From Squalus acanthias (taxonomy: Eukaryota), in the NCBI GenBank assembly GCA_030390025.1, contig CM059431.1:142168001-142232000 (forward strand): DNA of 64,000 nt. Direction: 5' to 3'. A model generated the notes under the pieces. The model was not told the origin of the DNA, did no database searches, and saw only the letters and a program-made list of their open reading frames with translations. Position numbers and translations under genes: made by a program. This document shows, piece after piece, positions 47,466 through 57,908 of this stretch; positions within the stretch are counted from its first letter, which is position 1; every line of letters starts with the position of its first letter.

Positions 47466-49448
47466 GGTATGACACCAGCCAGTGGAGAATTTTCCACCTG
47501 ATTCCCACTGACTTCAGTTTTAATAGGACTTCTTGATGACACACTCTGTCGAATGCTGCCTTGATCTCAATGGCAGTCACTCTCGCCTCACCTCTGGAAT
47601 TCAGCTCTTTTGTCCATGTTTGGACCAAGGCTGTAATAAGGACTGGAGCCGAGTGGTCCTGGTGGAACCCAAACTGAGCATCGGTGAGCAGGTTATTGGT
47701 GAGTAAGTGCCTCTTGATAGCAGTGTCGCCGACCCCTTCCATCACTTTGCTGATGATTGAGAGTAGACTGATTGGGCGGTAATTGGCCGGGTTGGATTTG
47801 TCCTGCTTTTTGTGGACAGGACATACCTGGGCAATGTTCTGCATTATCGGGTAGATGCCAGTGTTGTAGCTGTACTGCAACAGCTTGGCTAGATACGCGG
47901 CTAGTTCTAGAGCGTAAGTCTACAGCACGATAACCAGGATGTTGTCGGGCTCATAGCCTTTGCTGTGTTCAGTGCACTCAGCCGTTTCCTGATCACGTAG
48001 ACTGGATCGAATCGTTTGGTAACACTTGGTTAAAGTCTCCCACCCCCACCTAGAGTACGTTCTGTGCCCTTACTACCCTCAGTGCTTCCTCCAAGAGTTG
48101 ATCAACATGGAGGAGTACTGATTCATCGGCTGAGGGAGGGTGGTAGGCGGTAATCAGCAGGAGGTTTCCTTGCCCACGTTTGACCTGAAGCCATGAGACT
48201 TCAATGTTGAGGACTCTCGGGGTCACTCTCCAGTGGGACAGGACACACCCAGGGATGCTGATGGAGGAGTCTTGAGGGATCTTGATGAATAAATATGATT
48301 TTGTAAGTATAACTGCGTTACACATTTACTTGACTAATGTGTGGTCCACCTCTCCCCACTTTGGTACTAGCCCCAGATGTTAGTGAGTTCTGGTCCGGGT
48401 GTTCCATCGTTGTGTCTGAATCTGATGCCGATGCTGAGTGCGCAGCGGGGTTTATTCTTCTATACCCTTCTTTATAGCGGCTTGCTAGGCCATTTCAGAG
48501 GCCACCATATTGGTAAAGGACTAGAGTCACACATGGACCAGACCGAAAGGTCATCAGGTTTTACCACAGTCTTTTTTTACTGATAACAGCTTTTTATTTC
48601 CAAATGTTGCCGATACAGATTCGCAAACCGCCACAGTGAGATTTGAACTCTTGTCTCTGGATTACTGGTCCAGTAACATAACCAGCACACTGCCGCACTT
48701 GACCTCCATTGTCTGATTGTGCCTCTGTGAAGGGATTTTTGACATTTTTCTACGTTAAAGGCGCTATATAAATGTAAGCTTTGATGATGAATGTCCTGAC
48801 TACACGAGCCCCATTGCTGGATATGTGCTCCCAGTTACCGAGGGTTCATACTGGCAGCGGGTGTGCAAAATAATGCATGTCAGACATTTCAATTACTGAG
48901 GGGAAAAGTGATTGGACTTTTCAACGTTCTTATTATTGGTCGATTCTCTTGACCGATAAATCACCAGCGGTTGTTTCAATTAGTCGGTGTAATTTCTCAC
49001 TTAAGAATCATCCCTTAACTGCCATTTCAGTTCAGATTCGCTGCTGTGTTTACTTCTCATTAAATCAAAGTGTGACAGCAGGAAGTAAGTGTGAGAAACA
49101 AGTGCATCATATTGTCTATCAGGAATCTGATGTCATGTTGGACACTGAAGGACAGAGAAAACTAATTTCATTAAAACTACTGCAGATTGTCAGTGATTCC
49201 TCACTCTCCTAGACATTATTTTGATTTTCTATTTTAGTTTCATCTGATTTATTTCCCGTTAATGAGTGAATCAAGATGTTTACAGAATATTCCGCCCCTG
49301 TTCAGAATGGATCAGTACCCGGCCCAGTGACTGCTTTCTGTGCTCAAAACAACTGGGAGATCCCATCACTGAGCAGATCCTTTCCTTCTCATTCTCGGTG
49401 CTTGTCTTTCACTCCACTCCTCAATATATTCATAATTATTCTTTACAG

Positions 49449-49620
49449 AAAGTCACTGACCTCGTGGAGAAGGGAAACCGGGCGGACAGTTCCAAACTTC
49501 TCCTAAATCTGGTGATGGAGAAAGGCTCTTGGGCTCGTAGGGTGATGTGGGAATCCTTTGTGAAAATGCGCCAAGAGGTGCCAAAGCTGGACAAAATACT
49601 GAGAGAAATACAGGAACTTG
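49449..49620 (+). CDS. NLR exon 3 (KVTDLVEKGNRADSSKLLLNLVMEKGSWARRVMWESFVKMRQEVPKLDKILREIQEL)
   Basis: tttacag acceptor, gtacgg donor; phase 0->1; resembles the CARD pattern R.LL..V..KG..A. Confidence 0.87.
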
Positions 49621-49710
49621 GTACGGTAAAATCAAACACTGAATACAAATTCAGATTTTATTATAATATTACACAGATCAGATTTCATGAAAGCTAATTG
49701 ATTTAAACAG

Positions 49711-49776
49711 GTTCTGATCCATTTGATTACATGAACATTGCACGAGGTTTATCCGAAGTACCCAGGCACCTGAAAG
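49711..49776 (+). CDS. NLR exon 4, linker (GSDPFDYMNIARGLSEVPRHLK)
   Basis: aaacag acceptor, gtaagt donor; 66 nt, phase 1->1. Confidence 0.8.
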
Positions 49777-50039
49777 GTAAGTGAGGACATGGAGATTTCA
49801 AACCGTTTATTTCACTCCTGAGAATCAGAATGTTTAACTGTAGCCGTTTGTTTAGAGATTGTCAAAATCTGGGAATCAAAATTTCAAAGGCTGGGGAAAC
49901 AGAATTAAAGTTTATTTGGATTTGTCAATTTTCAAATATTCTGCATAAATTGCAGTTAATATTTGCTCAGATTTCTGAATTATTTGTAAATTTGTAGTTT
50001 TTTATTGCTCCAATTAATCCAGGTGCAGATCGCTATCAG

Positions 50040-51092
50040 TGCTGAAACCCCATACACACCTGGCAGGATCCTGATACACTGAAACCCCATACACACCTGG
50101 CAGGATCCTGATACACTTTGAAACCCCATACACACCTGGCAGGATATTGATACACTGAAACCCCGTACACACCTGGCAGGATTCTCATACACTGTGAAAC
50201 CCCATACACACCTGACAGGATCCCGATACACTGTGAAACCCCAGGCACACCTGGCAGGATCCTGATACTTCGTCAAACCCCATACACACCTGGCAGGATC
50301 CTGATACACTGTGAAACCTCATACACACCTGGCAGGATCCTGATACTGTGAAACCCCATACACACCTGGCAGGTTCCTGATACACTGTGAAACCCAATAC
50401 ACATCTGGCAGGATCCTGATACACTGTGACTCCCCATACACACCTGGCAGGATCCTGATACACTTTGAAACCCCATACACACCTGGCAGGATATTGATAC
50501 ACTGAAACCCCGTACACACCTGGCAGGATTCTCATACACTGTGAAACCCCATACACACCTGACAGGATCCCGATACACTGTGAAACCCCAGGCACACCTG
50601 GCAGGATCCTGATACTTTGTCAAACCCCATACACACCTGGCAGGATCCTGATACACTGTGAAACCTCATACACACCTGGCAGGATCCTGATACTGTGAAA
50701 CCCCATACACACCTGGCAGGATCCTGATACACTGTGAAACCCAATACACATCTGGCAGGATCCTGATACACTGTGACTCCCCATACACACCTGGCAGGAC
50801 CCTGATACGCTGTGAAACCCCATACACACCTGGCAGGATCCTGATACACTGTGAAACCCCAGACACACCTGGCAGGATCCTGATACACTGTGAAACCCCA
50901 TACACACCTGGCAGGATCCTGATACTTTGTCAAACCCCATACACACCTGGCAGGATCCTGATACACTGTGAATTCCCATACACACCTGGCAGGATCCTGA
51001 TACACTGTGAAACCCCATACACACCTGGCAGGATCCTGATACACACCTGGCAGGATCCTGATACACTGTGAAACCCCATACACACCTGGAAG
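50040..51092. repeat. 39-bp minisatellite (TGAAACCCCATACACACCTGGCAGGATCCTGATACACTG) with a 347-bp higher-order duplication
   Basis: 13-aa periodic ORFs; variant units at 50143 and 50490 are 347 bp apart. Confidence 0.95.
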
Positions 51093-51300
51093 GATTTTTT
51101 TTTTCAGTCCTGGGATTTGAGTGTCGCTGCAAGGCCAACATTTATTGCCCATCCCTAATTGCCTTTGAGAAGGTGGTGGTGAGCTGCTTTCTTGAACCGC
51201 AGCAGTCCGTGTGGTGAAGGTAATCTCATAGTGCTGTTTGGGAGAGAGTTCCAGGATTTTGACCCAGCGACGATGAAGGAACGGCGATATATTTCCAGTT
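51093..51300 (-). mobile_element. LINE 3' tail fragment with poly(A)
   Basis: Matches 45674-45870. Confidence 0.75.
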
Positions 51301-51507
51301 CCGTTGTCGTGTCAGAAGCCGAGGTCAATGCCGGATGATCTGTCCGGTTTTATTCTGAAGTCTCTTCTTCCAAACAAAACAAAACCAATCCAATGCCCGC
51401 ACCCTTTCCTCTGCCTTAATTCCTGACACATGATCATCTTATCCTTCTGTGTTTTCCTCATTGCAATAACATTATTGCTGTGATTAGCTGATTAGATGTG
51501 CAGATAG

Positions 51508-52095
51508 TACCTGCCCAGGACCTGACACACTGTCGGTGGAACTTCTGTACATTCAGTCTGTCCCTCTCCCAGTGCCCACACTACCCCAGATAACCTGCCC
51601 AGGACCTGACACACTAACGGTGTAACTTCTGTACATTCACAGTCTGTCCCTCTCCCAGTGCCCACACTACCTCAGATAACCTTCCCAATGTCTGACACAC
51701 TAACGGTGGAACTTCTGTACATTCACAGTCTGTCCCTCTCCCAGTGCACACACTACCCCAGATAACCTGCCGAGGACCTGACACACTATCGGTGGAACTT
51801 CTGTACATTCACAGTCTGTCCCTCTCCCAGTGCCCACACTACCCCAGATAACCTGCCCAGGACCTGACACACTAACGGTGGAACTTCTGTACATTCACAG
51901 TCTGTCCCTCTCCCAGTGCACACACTACCCCAGATAACCTGCCCAGGACCTGAGACACTAACGGTGGAACTTCTGTACATTCACAGTCTGTCCCTCTCCC
52001 CGTGCCCACACTACCCCAGATAACCTGCCGAGGACCTGACACACTGACGGTGGAACTTCTGTACATTCACAGTCTGTCCCTCTCCCAGTGCCCAG
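51508..52095. repeat. 86-bp tandem repeat, ~7 copies
   Basis: Near-identical ORFs offset by 86 nt (51614, 51700, 51786, 51872). Confidence 0.95.
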
Positions 52096-52573
52096 ACTAA
52101 CTCAGAAAACATGCTCAAGGCCAGAAAACATGCTCAAGGCCTGATAAAAGTAACAGTGGATCTTCTGCACATTGTCCCTCTCGGTGAGCAACCAATCCCG
52201 TTTCCGACGGATTCAAAGATTGATCCACTAGAACCTCTACTGTCGTATAACCAGGATCATGTGTGTATTTATAATGAGATGTCTATAGCACAGGGCAGGC
52301 TGGATAGTATTAACCATCAGAGGAAAAATATCACCTTCATAGAATTCTCCATGTTCAGTGAATATTAGAATCAAGTGAGGATTGGAAACTTTTCTCGGCC
52401 ATTGTTCACTTTCAAGCGAGGTTTCCATTAAATGAGTTTTAATTTCTACACACACCTTCATTGAAACTGAATTAATCCTTTCAATATTTTACTGAATACT
52501 AAAGTGGTATTGAGAAGTTTTTATGTCAATGCAACTAATGTTGACATCCATTTTCTGTCTGTTCTAATTGAAG

Positions 52574-54311
52574 ATCTTCAACAGAAACACAAGGAAACAC
52601 TCCGGGTACAAACTGAAACAATGAGAGTGAACACTATCCTAATACAGGAGAAGGTTAAGGTTTTCCAGCTGGTTGATCGATACGCTGAGCTAACGGTCAT
52701 TTCTACTGTTCGCGATCGGACACTTGCAGAACATGAACTGCTGGCAAGAGGCCGAGACCATGAAGAGTGGAGAGAGAAACATCTCTGGACAGAATTGGAG
52801 AAAATCCGAACTGATCAATTGTTCCAGAGCAGTTTTTCCCGGAGAAAATCCAATTCTGGGAGTTCAGCAGCAGTGAGTGGAGTCGCGGGGATTGGAAAAA
52901 CAACAATGGTACAAAAGATTGTTTATGACTGGGCCACTGGGAAAATATACCCACACTTTCAATTTGTTTTCAGTTTTAAATTCCGAGATTTGAACGCTAT
53001 TAACTGTAGAATTAATCTGAGGAATCTGATACTGGATCAGTATCCTTACTTTTGGAATATTCTGGGAGAGCTCTGGAAGAACCCAGAGGGATTGCTGTTT
53101 ATATTCGATGGTTTGGATGAATTCAAGGACCGCATCGATTTTGCTGACAATCGGAGAAATACAGAACCTCAGTTCATGTGCACAGATCCCGAATGCTGGT
53201 GTGAAGTGTCTGACATTGTGTACAGTTTAATACAGCACAAGCTGCTCCCAGGATGTTCAGTGCTAGTGACCAGCCACCCCACTGCATTACATTTATTGGA
53301 AAAGGCTGAGATCAGTGTCTGGGCTGAAATCCTGGGATTTGTTGATGAAGAACGGAAGGAATATTTCAACAAGTTTTTTGAAGATCAGACGGTGACAGCA
53401 GCTGTTTTCAAACATGTGGAGGAGAACGAGATCCTGTTCACCATGTGCTACAACCCTTCCTACTGCTGGATCCTCGGTCAGTCACTGGGCCCCTTCTTTA
53501 CACAAAGAGACAGGAATCGGCAGCGAGTTCCCAAGACCATCACCCAACTATATTCCTACTATATCTACAACATTCTGAGAAACCATGGCCGAGCGATTGA
53601 AAGCCCCCGTGATGTGTTACTGAAGATCGGTGAGATGGCCTTCACAGGAGTCTCCGAGAAGAAGATTGTGTTTAGAAATGGAGATTTGATCAAGTACAAT
53701 CTGCAACCTTCCCAGTTCCTGTCTGGGTTCATGATGGAACTTTTGGAGAGTGATGATTCTGCCCAGAGCGTGGTGTACACATTCCCGCACCTCACCATCC
53801 AAGAGTTTGTAGCCGCACTCGCTCAACTCCTGACTCCAGATCCCGGGGACATCCAGAAACTCCTCAGAGAATCCCACAGCAAGGAAGATGGGCGATTTGA
53901 GATATTTCTCCGTTTTGTTGCTGGTCTCTCCTCCCCACAGGCAGCTCGGCCCCTGGAGGAGTTCCTGGGTCCATTTCTTCATCAAACCACCTGCCGAGTG
54001 ATTGACTGGGTGAAGGAGAAGGTTGATGGACAGATTGAGAACAAAGAGAGGGAAACTGGTCAAAGGGACCTCCTGAACACATTGCACTACCTGTTTGAGT
54101 CTCAGAATTACACACTGGCTCGGGACACAGTGGGATCTGCGGAAACACTTATATTTTGTGGATTGGTACTGACTCCGAGTGACTGTGCGGTCCTGTCTCA
54201 TATCCTTGGACTCTGTGATACAATAAAACACCTTGATCTGGTGCACTGCCACTATCAGTGTGAAGGACTCCAGCGGCTGGGACCAATACTACACAAATGC
54301 CGGGTGTTGAG
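52574..54311 (+). CDS. NLR exon 5: NACHT (NBD, HD1, WHD, HD2) and first LRRs
   Basis: Walker A GVAGIGKT, Walker B LFIFDGLDE, sensor-1 VLVTSHP, WHD FPHLTIQEF, FLRFVAGL; lies in ORF 52504..54315; phase 1->2. Confidence 0.97.
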
Positions 54312-55107
54312 GTAACTGTTTATTTATCTCTAACTGTTGGACGAATTGTAGAACAGTCACGGATTGTGTTGTTGCTCCGTAATGGAGGGAAACAAACAGT
54401 TCAGTTAAACCAGAGAGAAGCAGATTCAACACAAATATGACCAATAATAAGAGGATCGGTTAGTAATTCCCTATGGACTGGAAAATCTAAAATGGATCCT
54501 TGTGAACAAGTATGAATTTTAGTCTTTGTCGGATCAGCAAATACATGTCAGAGTCTGATTTAATTACAATAAATCATATTTATTGTTCTCTCACTGTCTA
54601 AGATACATTAATTGAAGAGGCTCCTTCTCACTGTTACAGGCATGTAGGCCGACACTAACTACAGCAGTCCGTGGAGCATCCCACCCTATTCCCGAGGTGT
54701 AGGGCCAGTGACCGTCATCGGACTGTCAGCGTGTGTCAGAGAGAGGAGCAGAAACACCAAACATTCAGTAACAAAGAGCGAATCACAGCTTTCAGGCAGC
54801 GAACCGCCAGTGGGCGAGCTGAGCTTTCCCCACCGGGCGTCAGTATGTTATCTTAACTCATCAATGACACCGCCCTTAAAACTCTCCAATACATCCACCA
54901 TCTCTTCGCCCTGCTGGCAATACTCGCGCCTCTGAGACAGAAGGTGGTGGGGAGTTGGACAGAGTAAGATTCATTGTCAGTGACAGGAAAGGCTGGTTAT
55001 TAATTTCCTGAAGTTTTTTCAGTGTTTCCTTTAATATCAGAGATAGAGAAATTGTATCAGATCCGGGGTTTGATTCAGTTTGTTTTTCACTCTGGTTGTT
55101 TGTTTAG

Positions 55108-55194
55108 ACTGGGGAGCACTGAACTGGGGGATTCAGGAGTGAAACTACTGTCTGCGTCTCTGAGGAACCTGGACTGTAAAATACAGGAACTGCG
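55108..55194 (+). CDS. NLR LRR exon (87 nt)
   Basis: tttag/gtaagt; [28 protein letters not shown]; phase 2->2. Confidence 0.9.
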
Positions 55195-55327
55195 GTAAGT
55201 ACCAGACTGTGTGAGATTGTGTTGATACTAATAATAATGTTCAGTGTTAGTTATTATCAGTAATAGTGTTTTTATTAAAGGTACGGGATTTACTCTGATT
55301 CCGGTTATTTCTCTCTTTGATCCCTAG

Positions 55328-55498
55328 TCTGGATAATAACGGTCTCACAGATTCTTGTGCCGAGGATCTCACCTCCGCTCTCAGTGCAAACAAGTCCCTG
55401 ACGGTTCTGAGCCTGGGTAATAATAATCTGGGAGATTCAGGAGTGAAACTACTGTCTGCGGCTCTGAGGAACCCAGACTGTAAAATACAGGAACTGCA
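55328..55498 (+). CDS. NLR LRR exon (171 nt)
   Basis: [42 protein letters not shown]...; phase 2->2. Confidence 0.93.
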
Positions 55499-55631
55499 GT
55501 AAGTACCAGACTGTGTGAGATTGTGTTTATAATAACTGGATGTCTGACACTGTAGATTATTACTATCAATATTGATATTAACAAACACTGGGGATTTGCC
55601 CTGATTCTTGTTATTTCTCTCTGATCCCCAG

Positions 55632-55802
55632 CCTACGGGTTGTTGGCCTCACAGCTTCTTGTGCCGAGGATCTTGTCTCCGTTCTCAGTACAAACCGGTC
55701 ACTGACGGTTCTGGACCTGAGTTGTAATGAACTGGGAGATTCAGGAGTGAAACTACTGTCTGCGGCTCTGAGGAACCCAGACTGTAAAATACAGGAACTG
55801 GA
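55632..55802 (+). CDS. NLR LRR exon (171 nt)
   Basis: [39 protein letters not shown]...; phase 2->2. Confidence 0.92.
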
Positions 55803-55934
55803 GTAAGGGTCAACTGTGAGATTGTGTTTATAGTATCTGGATGTCTAACACTACATTATTATTATCAGTAACAGTGCTGTTACTAAACATTGAGAATTTA
55901 CTCTGATTCCTGTTATTCTCTCTCTCATTCCCAG

Positions 55935-56105
55935 GTTGGATGCTGTCGGTCTCACAGGTTCTTGTGCCGAGGATCTCGTCTCCGCTCTCAGTACAAACCA
56001 GTCACTGACGGTTCTGGACCTGGGTAATAATAAACTGGGCGACTCAGGAGTGAAACTACTGTCTGCGGCTCTGAGGAGCCCGGACTGTAAAATACAGAAA
56101 CTGGG
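55935..56105 (+). CDS. NLR LRR exon (171 nt)
   Basis: [39 protein letters not shown]...; phase 2->2. Confidence 0.92.
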
Positions 56106-56192
56106 GTAAGTACTAGACTGTGTGAGATTGTGTTTATAACTGGATGTCTAACAGTATCAGTAATAGTGTTATGAATGTACAGTGTTGATTAA

Positions 56193-56720
56193 TAACATAA
56201 CAAACATAAGGAGCAGGAGTAGGCCATACGGCTCCTCAAGCCTGCTCCGCCATTAAATAAGATCTTGGCTGATTTTCGATCTCAACTCAACTTTCCCGCC
56301 CGATCCCCTTGTCCCTTGATTCCCCGAGAGTCCAAAAATCTGTCTATCTCTGTCTTGAATATATTCAACAACTGAGTATCCACAGCCCTTTAGGGTAGAG
56401 AATTCCAAAGATTAACAACCCTCCGAGTGAAGAAATTCCTCCTAATCTCAGTCTTAAATGGCCGACTCCTTATCCTGAGACTATGCCCCCTAGTTTAGGC
56501 TCTCCAGCCAGGGGAAACAACCTCTCGGCACCTACCCTGTCAATCCCCCTCGGTATCTTGTATGTTTCACTGAGATCACCTCTCATTTTTCTAAACTCTA
56601 GAGAACATAGGCCCAATTGACTCTATCTCTCCTCATAGGACATCCCTCTCATCTCAGGAATCAATCTAGTAAACCTTCGTTGCACCGCCTCTAAGGCAAG
56701 TATATCCTTCCTCGCATAAG
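56193..56720 (-). mobile_element. CR1 3' fragment in an LRR intron, possible GATTAA target duplication
   Basis: Matches 10160-10680; GATTAA at 56187-56192 and 56721-56726. Confidence 0.9.
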
Positions 56721-56874
56721 GATTAACTGTAATAACACTATTACTAATAATGTACAGTGTTTATCATCATTAAATGTCATTAGAAAACACTGTACATTGG
56801 TATTAGTATCAGGAAGTTTTATTAATAAACACTGGGGATTTACCCTGATTCCTGTTATTTATTTCTGATCCCAG

Positions 56875-57045
56875 GCTCTGGAATAACGGTCTCACGGATT
56901 CTTGTACCGGTGATCTTGCCTCCGCTCTCGGTACAAACCGCTCACTGACGGATCTGAACCTGGGTAATAATAAACTGGGAGATTCAGGAGTGAAACTACT
57001 GTCTGCGGCTCTGAGGAACCCGGACTGTAAAATACAGAAACTGGG
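56875..57045 (+). CDS. NLR LRR exon (171 nt)
   Basis: [39 protein letters not shown]...; phase 2->2. Confidence 0.92.
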
Positions 57046-57211
57046 GTAAGTACCAGACTGTGAGATTGTGTTTATAATAACTGGATGTCTGACACTGTAC
57101 ATTATTCGTATCAGTGATATTATGAATAAACACTAGATTATTAACAGTATTACTGACACTCAATAATGTACAGTGTCTATTAATAACAATGTTACTGATA
57201 ATAAACACTGG

Positions 57212-57397
57212 GGCCTAGAAGTTGGTCTGGGGCGGTGGTGAAAGCCGGGCAGTACCGGATCGGCCGCCCGTTATACGCAGAGCCTGATATTCAGTTTTAT
57301 TGCAGTCAATGGAACTGACCATCAGGTGCTGCGTATAACGGGCGGCCGAGCCGATACCGCCCGGCTATCAACACCGCCCCAGACTAATTTCTAGCCC
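57212..57397. mobile_element. 186-bp palindromic MITE with 3-bp TSD (TGG/TAG), PIF/Harbinger-like
   Basis: Near-perfect hairpin; paralogous LRR introns show the empty site ACACTGGGGATTT. Confidence 0.82.
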
Positions 57398-57444
57398 TAG
57401 GGACTTACTCTGATTCCTGTTCTTTCTCTCGGTCTGATCCCCAG

Positions 57445-57612
57445 TCTATGGAATGTTGGTCTCGCAGATTCTTGTGCCGAGGATCTCGCCTCCGCTCTCA
57501 GTACAAACCAGTCACTGACGGTTCTGTCCCTGGGATCAAACTCCTTCACAGACCGATCTGTCCCTGCTCTCCGCCGCCTCATACTGACCTGCAGGAGTCT
57601 GGAGGAGATCCG
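57445..57612 (+). CDS. NLR LRR exon (168 nt)
   Basis: [55 protein letters not shown]; donor gtgagt. Confidence 0.9.
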
Positions 57613-57805
57613 GTGAGTGTTTATATAATCAGAGACATTTACAGCGCAGAAGGATGCCATTCAGCCTGTGGAATAAATAAAATATTAATGGGATTCAGTC
57701 ACTTTTATGGGTAATATTTGGCTGTAATTATTAATGAAATATTAACTCGTCTCCCTGTTATTTACACTGATGTTCAATCTGTTTATTTCCTGTTGAATCT
57801 TTCAG

Positions 57806-57908
57806 GCTTTGGGGGAATCAGTTCAGTTCAACCAGAGAGAATCAGCTGAAGTTGCTGCAGGATACAAGACCCGGACTGAAAGTGGAGTTTGATTATTACA
57901 ATTTATAA
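57806..57908 (+). CDS. NLR terminal coding exon (RLWGNQFSSTRENQLKLLQDTRPGLKVEFDYYNL*)
   Basis: tttcag acceptor, phase 2, TAA 57906-57908. Confidence 0.85.

Larger units (their letters stand above)
45670..48480 (-). mobile_element. Fragmented LINE (same family as 2150-4420) with nested insertions
   Basis: NYRPISLLS, QFGFHQDHS, IKAAFDRV, GVPQVSVLGP; 3' tail at 45670-45780. Confidence 0.88.
40868..57908 (+). other. Spliced NLR gene: CARD-like N-terminus + NACHT + RI-type LRRs (NLRC3/NLRP-like lineage-expanded NLR), 12 coding exons, ~1064 aa from ATG 40948
   Basis: All exons join in phase at GT-AG sites; 3195 coding nt from ATG 40948 to TAA 57908. Confidence 0.92.

Noticed and set aside
50040..51092. 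Repeated CACTGTG (exact V(D)J RSS heptamer)
   Set aside because: No ACAAAAACC-like nonamer at 12 or 23 nt spacing, and no Ig/TCR segments nearby
49980..51152. Cys-rich repetitive ORFs (YQDPARCVWGFTV; SGSCQVCMGF)
   Set aside because: Open in several frames because of the 39-bp repeat; intronic and antisense to the NLR
52504..52573. ORF-track N-terminus of the 603-aa NACHT ORF
   Set aside because: Intronic read-through upstream of the splice acceptor at 52572-52573
53617..54252. 211-aa antisense ORF within the NACHT exon
   Set aside because: Shadow ORF of a coding exon with no recognisable motifs
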